Assembly: GCA_046705565.1 (NCBI GenBank)
Contig: JBJKQI010000010.1
Coordinates: forward strand, 1 to 39,861
Origin: Candidatus Pacearchaeota archaeon
GTDB taxonomy: Archaea > Nanobdellota > Nanobdellia > Pacearchaeales > GW2011-AR1
Direction: 5' to 3'
DNA length: 39,861 nt
Below the pieces are notes generated by a model that saw only the letters and a list, made by a program, of their open reading frames with translations, had not been told where the DNA came from and ran no database searches. Below, one piece after another: positions 1-8,158 of the stretch. The translations under genes and the position numbers were made by a program. How positions within the stretch are numbered: position 1 is the stretch's first letter; each line of letters begins with the position of its first letter.

Positions 1-41
1 ATTCAAAAAAATAAAGATGCGAAGGGGGTTCTGGTTATCAA

Positions 42-437
42 ATGAAAGTAATTGACGGAAAAGGAGTTGTTCTTGGAAGACTTGGAACCTATGTGGCTAA
101 GCTGGCGCTCAAGGGAGAAGAAGTTTCGGTTGTAAACTGCGACGAAGTTATAATCACAGGAAACTTCAAGGCAACAAAAGAAAATTTTGAAGCAAAAAGA
201 TCAAGATTCGGGTCTAGTCAGAAAGGACCAAAACACCACTCCACAACTGAGAAAATTGTAAAAAGAGCAATTCGCGGAATGCTTCCAAATCACAGAATTG
301 GAAGAGGAAAAGAGGCTCTAAAGAGAATAAAATGTTATGCAAGAATCCCAAAAGAATTTGAAAAAGAAAAAATTGAGACAATTGAGGCTCCAAGAAAAAT
401 TAAATATTCAAATGTAAAAGAGTTTACAAAGAAATAA
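42..437 (+). CDS. rpl13: 50S ribosomal protein uL13
   Basis: 131-aa ORF. The N-terminus MKVIDGKGVVLGRLGTYVAK and the internal AIRGMLP..R.GR pattern are typical of archaeal L13. uS9 starts 1 nt after its stop, as in the conserved L13-S9 operon. Confidence 0.92.
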   Translation: MKVIDGKGVVLGRLGTYVAKLALKGEEVSVVNCDEVIITGNFKATKENFEAKRSRFGSSQKGPKHHSTTEKIVKRAIRGMLPNHRIGRGKEALKRIKCYARIPKEFEKEKIETIEAPRKIKYSNVKEFTKK

Positions 438-438
438 G

Positions 439-861
439 ATGGCAGGAATAGAAAACAAATACAAAAAGATTCACACGTCGGGAAAAAGAAAAGCAGCCGT
501 AGCACGTGCTGAAATTTATGACGGGAACGGGAAAGTTACCTTTAACGGCCGTGATTACACAAACCTTCAAATGTTTGATAAACTGAAAATTGAAGAACCA
601 ATAAAAATTGCACAAAATGTTTTGGGAAAAATTAATTTTAATATAGACTCGACTGCAATAGGCGGCGGAGAAAAAGGACAAATTGAAGCTGCAAGACTTG
701 CTATTGCAAAAGCAATTGTTGAATTCTCAAAGTCAGAAGAACTTAAGGCGGCATATTTAGATTACGATAGAAACCTGCTTGTTGCCGACGTGCGACGTAA
801 AGAAGCTCGTAAGCCAGGGGATTCTAAAGCCCGTGCAAAGAGACAGACTTCTTACAGATAA
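439..861 (+). CDS. rps9: 30S ribosomal protein uS9
   Basis: 140-aa ORF with the GGG..GQ..A..LAIA.A core and a basic C-terminal tail ending ...AKRQTSYR, characteristic of S9. Immediately downstream of uL13. Confidence 0.92.
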   Translation: MAGIENKYKKIHTSGKRKAAVARAEIYDGNGKVTFNGRDYTNLQMFDKLKIEEPIKIAQNVLGKINFNIDSTAIGGGEKGQIEAARLAIAKAIVEFSKSEELKAAYLDYDRNLLVADVRRKEARKPGDSKARAKRQTSYR

Positions 862-905
862 ATAAAGTTTATTTTACAAAACCTTATTTTAAATGCATAA
901 ATTTT

Positions 906-1442
906 TCAGAGCTTGTTAAATCGAGGTATGAAATGTATGCTGTGTTTAAATGGTGCAAGAACGTCTGCATGATAAACCACTGCAGGACACAAAGGATGTT
1001 TTTCTATGCGACCTTTTTTGTTTAAATTCTTTTTTATGAAGTTATCTACAACTATTTTTTCTATACAGGTATATTCAAAAAGAAAATCCCTTATAGCTTG
1101 TTTTGCACCTCTTTCAAGTCTTCCATCTAAATAAATATTTAACTTTCCTGGGTGCAATTTTTCTTCCAGGAGATATTTAGTAACCATTTTTGGAATTACT
1201 TCAACTAAATTCTGGCTTGAATGCCTGTATTTTTCTGAGGTAAGTGCAGAATATCTGTAGTCCCTATTTTCATTGTTTAACCATTTTACAGTGCTTTGAT
1301 AATCTCGGGTATTTTTAAAACGGTTTACAATGCTATCCTCTCTTAAAAAAGAGAATGTACTCACAATAATCTCCCCTTTTGAAGTTCCTGCATGATTTGA
1401 ATCGTCCCCTCCAACGTAAAGAACCCCAATTTCTTTTTCCAT
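906..1442 (-). CDS. hypothetical protein, no family recognised
   Basis: 178-aa uninterrupted ORF on the same strand as the two recombinase-related genes upstream of it. I recognise no motif; the N-terminus is VLYVGGDDSNHAG. Confidence 0.5.
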   Translation of the reverse strand: MEKEIGVLYVGGDDSNHAGTSKGEIIVSTFSFLREDSIVNRFKNTRDYQSTVKWLNNENRDYRYSALTSEKYRHSSQNLVEVIPKMVTKYLLEEKLHPGKLNIYLDGRLERGAKQAIRDFLFEYTCIEKIVVDNFIKKNLNKKGRIEKHPLCPAVVYHADVLAPFKHSIHFIPRFNKL

Positions 1443-1489
1443 TTTTGGGAAAAAGAAAAGACTATTTTAAAAGATTGTTGTAAAAAAAG

Positions 1490-1909
1490 CTATTTAACAC
1501 CAAGTCTTTCAAGTTTGTCCTGAACGTGATTAAAAAGCGTTGAGGATATTAGGGGTTCATGAATAGCGGGATAAATTTCGCCGTCAAACTTTACTTTTCC
1601 AAGATAAGTGAAATTTCTTAAAATCTTCTTAACACCGTTAACTGAAAAACCATATTTTTTTGCAAGCTTGTTTAAACTTATCTTGCTGTTTTGAAATTCC
1701 ATAAATATATTCTCGACAACCTGAAAATTTGGAGCTTTCACTAATTTGTTTTCAATGATTTTATAGCCAAAAGGTGCACGCGATACAACATTCCCCCCAC
1801 TTGCTTTTTTCTTCATTCCATCTTTTAATTTCTCCTTTTCACGACGGAGTTCTTCAATTTCTTTTCTCAAGACTTCATTCTCTTTTTTTAAATTGTCAAG
1901 CTCACTCAT
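1490..1909 (-). CDS. Coiled-coil protein carrying a serine-recombinase 'recombinase' (DNA-binding) domain but no resolvase catalytic domain
   Basis: 139 aa. An N-terminal heptad-rich stretch (LKKENEVLRKEIEELRREKEKL) is followed by PFGYK...ISLNKLAKKYGF...VKKILRNFTYLGKV...HEPLIS..LFN.VQ, matching the pattern of the domain that follows the catalytic domain in large serine recombinases. Its start overlaps the stop of the upstream tyrosine recombinase gene by 8 nt. Confidence 0.6.
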   Translation of the reverse strand: MSELDNLKKENEVLRKEIEELRREKEKLKDGMKKKASGGNVVSRAPFGYKIIENKLVKAPNFQVVENIFMEFQNSKISLNKLAKKYGFSVNGVKKILRNFTYLGKVKFDGEIYPAIHEPLISSTLFNHVQDKLERLGVK

Positions 1910-2747
1910 TTTGTATCCTTAATGTATCAATAGGACTTTTAATTTTTTTAAGTGATTCGGCTGAGACATGGGTGTACATTTCTGTTGTTGAGAGAGACGA
2001 ATGTCCCAGAAGCTCCTGAATGAATCTTATATCTGTCCCATCTTCCAAGAGATGAGTTGCAAAGGAGTGTCTTAATGTGTGACAATGAACATCTTTTTTT
2101 ATTCCTGCCTTCTTGGAGGCATACTTTACAATCTTTTGCAAATTTCTCGAAGACATTTTTTTCCCGTCACGTCCCTCAAAAAGATATTTTCCACCACGCT
2201 CTTTTTGTTTTTCCGAATATTTTTTTAATCTTGAAAACAAAAATTTTGGAATATTAAAAACCCTGTCCTTTTTTCCTTTCGCCTGTCTTATGTGCCCGAT
2301 ACTCTCGTCGAAATCCAAATCATCTACTTTGAGTGTAGCAACTTCCGAGACACGCATGCCTGCCGCGTACATAAGCGAAATCATGAGTTTTGATTTTTTT
2401 GTATTAATTGCCCTAAATAAATCGAGAACCTCTTTTTTTGTTAAAACCGTCGGAATTTTTTTCTCACGTTTGGGTCTACGAATGTTTGCTGTTAAATCTT
2501 TTTTTAAAATTGCTGAAGTTGAAAATTTTAATGCAGCCAAAAACATAATTATTGAGATAGCTGACCTGTCCGAAAGATTTTGCGCAATGTAGAGCTTTAC
2601 GTCATCTTCGGTTGTATTATCCGGATCTTTTCTTATATACTCAAGAAAGTTTTCATTAAACTTTATATAATTTTTCAAAGTGTACTCTGAATTTTTCCCT
2701 ATCTTTAACTCTACCTCGAGCTTTTTCAAAAATTCCTCTTTATTCAT
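1902..2747 (-). CDS. Tyrosine recombinase, XerA/XerC/XerD-like
   Basis: 281 aa. The N-terminal SAM-like domain is followed by the catalytic-domain signature: ...AGMRVSEV..., HTLRHSFATHLLEDGTDIRFIQELLGHSSLSTTEMYTHV (R..H-x-x-R..H/W..Y). Confidence 0.9.
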   Translation of the reverse strand: MNKEEFLKKLEVELKIGKNSEYTLKNYIKFNENFLEYIRKDPDNTTEDDVKLYIAQNLSDRSAISIIMFLAALKFSTSAILKKDLTANIRRPKREKKIPTVLTKKEVLDLFRAINTKKSKLMISLMYAAGMRVSEVATLKVDDLDFDESIGHIRQAKGKKDRVFNIPKFLFSRLKKYSEKQKERGGKYLFEGRDGKKMSSRNLQKIVKYASKKAGIKKDVHCHTLRHSFATHLLEDGTDIRFIQELLGHSSLSTTEMYTHVSAESLKKIKSPIDTLRIQNE

Positions 2748-2870
2748 CGGTGCGGTGTCCTGATAAGATTATACGAACTTTGTTTAAATAATTTTTCACT
2801 GGGGCCTAAAAAAGATTTATAAAATAGTTCTCCCTTTGAGGTTTAGAGTAAATGGGCGGGAGGTATGAAA

Positions 2871-3143
2871 ATGAGTAAAAAAGTGTACGTAGGAAACTTG
2901 CCCTTCAAATATAAAGGAAAGGAGTTAAGAGAACTTTTTTCCAAGTTTGGAGAAGTAGAGTTTGCAACAGTTATTCTTGACAAATTTAATCGGAACAGGT
3001 CTAAAGGATTCGGTTTCGTAACTTTTGTTAACGATGCTGATGCCGACAAAGCTATTGCTGAGATGAACGGTAAAGAAGTCGAAGGCAGACAACTAACTGT
3101 AAATGAGGCAAAGCCAAGAGAAAACGAAAACTCTTCGGAATAA
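2871..3143 (+). CDS. RNA-binding protein with a single RRM domain
   Basis: RNP-2 (VYVGNL) and RNP-1 (KGFGFVTF) motifs at the canonical spacing. GGGAGGT at 2858-2864 lies 6 nt upstream of the ATG at 2871. An in-frame ATG at 2865 is an alternative start. Confidence 0.85.
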   Translation: MSKKVYVGNLPFKYKGKELRELFSKFGEVEFATVILDKFNRNRSKGFGFVTFVNDADADKAIAEMNGKEVEGRQLTVNEAKPRENENSSE

Positions 3144-3162
3144 TTCTGGAGAATCAAATAAA

Positions 3163-3303
3163 TTATTTTTTATTTTTTATTAATAATTTCTGATTAATTA
3201 ACATAAGGACGACTGCACCAATTAAAAAGAGCCAGTCAACGGCAAAAGCCAGATAAACACAGAGCAATGCGACGAGGGAGTTTGCTACAACAATCTTGTT
3301 CAT
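3163..3303 (-). CDS. possible small (46 aa) membrane protein
   Basis: Manual translation of the minus strand gives MNKIVVANSLVALLCVYLAFAVDWLFLIGAVVLMLINQKLLIKNKK, one long hydrophobic stretch with a basic tail. It is below the ORF-track cutoff and has no other support. Confidence 0.25.
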   Translation of the reverse strand: MNKIVVANSLVALLCVYLAFAVDWLFLIGAVVLMLINQKLLIKNKK

Positions 3304-3331
3304 AATTTTGTGAAGAAAGATTGGTTTTTAT

Positions 3332-3715
3332 ATGTTAATAAAGCAGATAAATAGTTATAAACCTAAAAATTCTTTTTTATTTATGGAAAAAGAGAAACAA
3401 GTTGAATTTATTCTTGGGGAGATATTAATAGTTATTGTTCTTGCAGCGATAATACTCTTAATTTATTCTACCGGAAACTCGAACGCAAATCAGCAGAATT
3501 ATAATTATTACCAAAGGAGTTCCTCACAGGTTTTAAGAAACGGAATTTATTATGGAAATGAAAATATTTATTCTTCGTCATATAACAACAATGTCTACAA
3601 AACTCAAATCTCAAAGACAACTTTTTTAAATATTCAAAACAAGTTTATCCTAGAAAGAGAGGTAAGTTTTGAAAAAACAAGCGGAGAATCCGATTTAATA
3701 GTTTCAGTAAATTAA
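3332..3715 (+). CDS. hypothetical membrane-anchored protein with an N/Y/S-rich region
   Basis: 127-aa ORF with one hydrophobic helix (ILIVIVLAAIILLIY) followed by a low-complexity N/Y/Q/S region. The in-frame ATG at 3383 (MEKEKQVEF...) is an alternative start. Confidence 0.45.
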   Translation: MLIKQINSYKPKNSFLFMEKEKQVEFILGEILIVIVLAAIILLIYSTGNSNANQQNYNYYQRSSSQVLRNGIYYGNENIYSSSYNNNVYKTQISKTTFLNIQNKFILEREVSFEKTSGESDLIVSVN

Positions 3716-3716
3716 A

Positions 3717-4343
3717 ATGACTTTTGAGTTTATTTTGTGGATTATTCTTTCAGGAGTTCTTGTGGGCCTCACTTCCGGAATTCCCTTTGGACCGGTAGGA
3801 GCTTACTGTATAAAAAAGAGTATTGAAAATAAGAAGCATGGAGGTTATTATGCCGGAATGGGGGCTTCTGTTGTTGATGGAGTCTATGCTCTTGTCGCAA
3901 GTTTTGGAATTTCAATGATCTCGGGATTTTTGATTTCACACGAATCTGCAATCCAGACAATTGGTGGACTTTTTCTTATTGCTGTAGGGTTGAGAGAATT
4001 TTCAACAAAATTTTCATTACAAGGTAGAAAAAGCAGCGGCAAAAAGGATTTTATCAAAGGAGTTTCAGTTGCCCTTGCAAGTCCATTTGTAATTTTTTCG
4101 TTCCTTGCTCTTTATGCAATATTGGGACTTAGCCGAATAGGAGGAAACTACCTTTATTCATTTATTTTAACCGTTTCTACTTTTGTTGGTTCATTTGTTT
4201 CAGTGTTATTCCTAAACTGGATTGTAATACGCAATAAGCACAAAGTAAAACCAGCAACACTTGGTAGAATAAACAAAGCAATAAGTGTGATAATATTAGG
4301 AACCGGGTTATATCTTCTTATAAGGGGGGTATTCTTTTCATGA
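3717..4343 (+). CDS. LysE/RhtB-type exporter-like membrane protein
   Basis: 208 aa with about 6 hydrophobic segments. The N-terminal ...GIPFGPVGAYCIKKSI...G...GMGASVVDGVYALVA pattern resembles the LysE translocator family. Confidence 0.55.
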   Translation: MTFEFILWIILSGVLVGLTSGIPFGPVGAYCIKKSIENKKHGGYYAGMGASVVDGVYALVASFGISMISGFLISHESAIQTIGGLFLIAVGLREFSTKFSLQGRKSSGKKDFIKGVSVALASPFVIFSFLALYAILGLSRIGGNYLYSFILTVSTFVGSFVSVLFLNWIVIRNKHKVKPATLGRINKAISVIILGTGLYLLIRGVFFS

Positions 4344-4552
4344 GAATATATCTAAAGTATGAAGTGCTTTTGTTGTTTGGAATTTTACTTGCATTGGGAA
4401 CTCTGCTAAAGCTGTTACTGCATCTCAATATTGATTCAGATTGGTTTTGGTTTTTTGCAGGAGTTGCAATTACTGTTGAAGGTGCAATAAATTTATCAAA
4501 ACAAAAACAATTTGACAAAAAATATAAAGTTGTGTTAAGGGATGAAAAGTAA
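4340..4552 (+). CDS. small two-helix membrane protein
   Basis: 70-aa ORF overlapping the previous stop by 4 nt (ATGA), with two hydrophobic segments. No family recognised. Confidence 0.4.
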   Translation: MRIYLKYEVLLLFGILLALGTLLKLLLHLNIDSDWFWFFAGVAITVEGAINLSKQKQFDKKYKVVLRDEK

Positions 4553-4554
4553 AA

Positions 4555-6498
4555 TTACTTTTCAATTCTTTTTTGCAATTCAGCAATTCTGTTTTTTAAC
4601 CTAATTGCGGTTTCAAAATCAAGTTTGTCGGCTGCTTCTTTCATGTCTTCCTGTAAGTTTATAATTAAATTTGGAATTTCTTTTTTAGGTATGTGCTTTG
4701 TGTCTGTTACTTCAACCTGCTTTTCTCTTATTGGTTTTATGATTGTCTTTGGGATTATATTGTGTTCTCCGTTATATTTCATTTGAATTTCACGACGACG
4801 CTTGGTTTCACTTATTGCGGTTTCTATTGATTCGGTCATAACGTCTGCGTAAAGGATAACTTTAGACTCTGAATTTCTTGCGGCTCTTCCGATAGTTTGG
4901 ATTAATGATTTGTCATTTCTTAAAAATCCCTCTTTATCTGCATCAAGAATTCCAACAAATCCTACTTCTGGAATGTCAAGACCTTCTCTTAAAAGATTTA
5001 TTCCGACTAAAACATCAAAATCTCCGAGGCGTAGCTCTCTAATTATTTCGGTTCTCTCTAAGGTGTCAATTTCTGAATGAAGGTATCTGGCTTTAACTCC
5101 ATTTTCAGCTAAATAATCTGTTAATTCTTCTGCTAATTTTTTAGTTAAGGTCGTGACTAGAACTCTGTTGCCTTTTTCAATTGTTTTTCTTATTTCATTT
5201 GTTACATCAATTACCTGTGACTTGGCAGGGCGAACTTCAACCTCTGGATCTAAAAGCCCCGTCGGTCTGATTAATTGCTCAACAACTTTTGAAGAGTGTT
5301 CTGTTTCATAGTAACCGGGAGTTGCCGAAACAAAAATTGTTTTTTCTTTTTTCAAATATTCCTCAAACTCTTCAAATCTTAACGGCCGGTTATCATACGC
5401 GGAAGTTAATCTAAAACCATAATCAATTAAATTTTTCTTTCGGGCTAAATCTCCTTTGTACATTCCATGAAGTTGAGGAATTGTCTGGTGGCTTTCATCA
5501 ATTACAATTAAAAAATTTTCTCTGAAATAATCTAATAAACAGTATGGCTTTTCACCGGGGGCTCTTTTATCAAAATGCCTTGAATAGTTTTCAATTCCCT
5601 TGCAGTAGCCTGTTTCTTTTATCATTTCAAGGTCATACATTGTTCGCTGTTTAAGGCGGTGGGCTTCAAGTTGTCCTAATTTTGGCAAATCCTCTTCTAG
5701 TTGTTTTAAAATTGAAGACTTCACTTCATCAAATTCATCGTCTGAAATTACAAAATGCCTTGCTGGGTAAACCGTGAAATGATCCCACTCTTCGACTTTT
5801 TCTCCTGTGACTTTGTCCAGTTCAACAATTCTAATTATTTTGTCTTTTTCCAATTCAACTCTTATAATGTTCTCAAAGCCTGATGGAATGAAATCAACTG
5901 TGTCTCCCCTAACTCTAAACTTTCCCGCTGAGAGATCCATATCATTTCGTTCGTACTGAGAAGCAATCAATTTATACAAAATTTTTTTCCTTTCGATTTC
6001 TTGTCCCTTTTCAAGAGAGAATCTGAATCCTAGATAGTTTTCGGGATTTCCCAACCCATAAATGCACGAGACTGATGAAACGACAATGGTGTCACTTCGC
6101 GCGAGAATTGAAGAAGTGGCGGCTAAACGCATCTGGTCAAGTCGTGAATTTATTGCGGCGTCTTTTTCTATGTACTGGTCTGTAGTTGGGATGTATGACT
6201 CGGGCTGGTAATAATCATAATAAGAAACGAAGTATTCGACTTTGTTGTCGGGAAAGAGTTCTTTTAATTCTTCATAAAGTTGGGCTGCGAGAGTTTTGTT
6301 GTGTGCTATAACAAGTGTCGGCATCTGAACTTTTTCAACAACGTTTGCGATTGTGAAAGTTTTTCCACTACCTGTTACTCCAAGAAGAGTTTGCATTTTA
6401 GCTCCATGACGAATTCCATTGGCTAATTCTTCAATCGCTTTTGGCTGGTCGCCTGTTGGTTTATTCGGTGAAACTATTTTGAATTTTTTAGATTCCAT
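4555..6498 (-). CDS. uvrB: Excinuclease ABC subunit B (UvrB)
   Basis: 647 aa with Walker A GVTGSGKT, helicase motifs (DESH, VSATP, QTIGRAARN) and a C-terminal UVR motif (DFETAIRLKNRIAELQ). Confidence 0.96.
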   Translation of the reverse strand: MESKKFKIVSPNKPTGDQPKAIEELANGIRHGAKMQTLLGVTGSGKTFTIANVVEKVQMPTLVIAHNKTLAAQLYEELKELFPDNKVEYFVSYYDYYQPESYIPTTDQYIEKDAAINSRLDQMRLAATSSILARSDTIVVSSVSCIYGLGNPENYLGFRFSLEKGQEIERKKILYKLIASQYERNDMDLSAGKFRVRGDTVDFIPSGFENIIRVELEKDKIIRIVELDKVTGEKVEEWDHFTVYPARHFVISDDEFDEVKSSILKQLEEDLPKLGQLEAHRLKQRTMYDLEMIKETGYCKGIENYSRHFDKRAPGEKPYCLLDYFRENFLIVIDESHQTIPQLHGMYKGDLARKKNLIDYGFRLTSAYDNRPLRFEEFEEYLKKEKTIFVSATPGYYETEHSSKVVEQLIRPTGLLDPEVEVRPAKSQVIDVTNEIRKTIEKGNRVLVTTLTKKLAEELTDYLAENGVKARYLHSEIDTLERTEIIRELRLGDFDVLVGINLLREGLDIPEVGFVGILDADKEGFLRNDKSLIQTIGRAARNSESKVILYADVMTESIETAISETKRRREIQMKYNGEHNIIPKTIIKPIREKQVEVTDTKHIPKKEIPNLIINLQEDMKEAADKLDFETAIRLKNRIAELQKRIEK

Positions 6499-6545
6499 AA
6501 AAAGCCGACGAGCGTCGGGTTTAAAAATTTAAGGATTAAAGAAAA

Positions 6546-8120
6546 TTAAGCCCTATCAAAAAACTTCTTGGTTCTTCTTTCCCTTTGAAAAGTTATTACA
6601 AAACGATGAGCTTCATCACGAATTTCTCTCAAGAATAGCAAACCTTTGTCTTTCAAATCAAACCTTAAAATGTTTCCGTCAGGCAAATAAATTTCTTCTT
6701 CTCGTTTTGCTAATGAAATTATTGGAAGTTTAACGTTAATTTCTTCAAGCGCTTTTATAGAGGAGGAAAGTTGTCCGGCTCCCCCATCAATTACAACCAA
6801 ATCAGGCATTGCCTCATTTTCTCTTTTTAGCCTTAAATATCTTCTCTTGACTACTTCATTCATTGCGCGAAAGTCATCGTTACCTGTAAAAGACTTTATT
6901 TTGAATCTTCTGTAATTTGACTTGTCGGGTTTTCCATTTCTAAACTGAACCATTGAAGCCACAACCTCGGTTCCGGAAAGGTGAGAAATGTCAAAACATT
7001 CAACAACAACCGGTGAAAACTGCAAATTAAGAGATTTTTTTAAAGCGTTAACTTTTTCCAAATTTCCAAAGAACTGAATTTCAACATTCTTTTTTACTAA
7101 TTCCAAAAGAGACTTTAAGTCCCCCTTTGCGGGAACTACCCCCTCAACTTTTTTTCCTTTTTTTGAAGAGAGCAATTCAATTAAAGAATCTGAAACCCTC
7201 TCAGGCAAAATTATTTTTTTTGGAATTTTATTTTCATCATAATACTGGATTAAGAATTCTTCAAGGAAGTCTCTTTTAAAATCAAACTCATAAGACCTTT
7301 TATTCTCAAGTATTCCTTTTTTCACGTTAAACAAAATTAAGTAAACTTTCCCGTTTGTTAAAATAAAATTTAATATGTCTTCATCATAAGACTTCATTCT
7401 CTCAACGGTCTGCTTTTCCGATAAGGCCTCCACCGCCTCCACTTCGTTTTTTAGAACAAGCGCTCTTTCATAATCTTGTTTAGAAGAAAATTCTTTCATA
7501 TCCTCTTTTAACTTTTTTAATAGCTCATCATTTTTTCCCTTCAAAATCATTTTTGCTTTCTCAACGCTCTTAAGATAATCCTCTCTTGAAATCTTATTTA
7601 TGCAAGGCGCTGAACAAAGTCCTAAGTCATAGCGGATGCACTTTTTTTTAGGAAGTTTTTTACAAGTTCTTAATTTGAAAGCTTTATTGAGTGTTCCAAT
7701 AATATAATCCCTTGTCTTTCCAGATGGAAAAGGACCGAAAACTTCTGAGTCCACTTTTTTGTTTTTTATCCTCTCAGTCCTTGAAGAAATTAGTCTTGGA
7801 AACTTTTCATTTGTAAGCTCAATTACCGAGTATGATTTAGAGTCCCTTAGATTTATATTATACTTTGGTCTAAACTTTTTTATTAAATTATTTTCTAATA
7901 GTAATGCCTCAACTTCAGAGTTCGTTACAATAAAATCGATGTCTCTTATATGTTTAACAAGCGCTTTTGTTTTTGGATCAAGATCTTTATCAAAAAAATA
8001 ACTTGAAATTCTTCGTTTGAGGTTTTTTGCCTTTCCGACGTAAACTACTTTTTTTGAAGAATCTTTATATAAATAGCATCCCGGGCTTTCTGGAATTTTT
8101 GAAATCTTTGTTGGGTCCAT
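6546..8120 (-). CDS. uvrC: Excinuclease ABC subunit C (UvrC), ending before the usual C-terminal (HhH)2 domain
   Basis: 524 aa with an N-terminal GIY-YIG (GCYLYKD...VVYVGKAKNLKRR), a UVR motif (DYERALVLKNEVEAVEAL) and an endonuclease domain (ECFDISH...DGGAGQL...IRDEAHRF). The ORF stops 17 aa after IRDEAHRF. Confidence 0.92.
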   Translation of the reverse strand: MDPTKISKIPESPGCYLYKDSSKKVVYVGKAKNLKRRISSYFFDKDLDPKTKALVKHIRDIDFIVTNSEVEALLLENNLIKKFRPKYNINLRDSKSYSVIELTNEKFPRLISSRTERIKNKKVDSEVFGPFPSGKTRDYIIGTLNKAFKLRTCKKLPKKKCIRYDLGLCSAPCINKISREDYLKSVEKAKMILKGKNDELLKKLKEDMKEFSSKQDYERALVLKNEVEAVEALSEKQTVERMKSYDEDILNFILTNGKVYLILFNVKKGILENKRSYEFDFKRDFLEEFLIQYYDENKIPKKIILPERVSDSLIELLSSKKGKKVEGVVPAKGDLKSLLELVKKNVEIQFFGNLEKVNALKKSLNLQFSPVVVECFDISHLSGTEVVASMVQFRNGKPDKSNYRRFKIKSFTGNDDFRAMNEVVKRRYLRLKRENEAMPDLVVIDGGAGQLSSSIKALEEINVKLPIISLAKREEEIYLPDGNILRFDLKDKGLLFLREIRDEAHRFVITFQRERRTKKFFDRA

Positions 8121-8158
8121 AATTATAATTAAGAATGAAAGTATAAATTATTTTGGAA

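Noticed and set aside
2057-3157. ORFs antisense to the tyrosine recombinase (2057..2257, 2113..2592) and to the RRM gene (2843..3157)
   Set aside because: They are shadow ORFs opposite genes with clear catalytic or RNP motifs, and their translations are F/L/S-rich nonsense.
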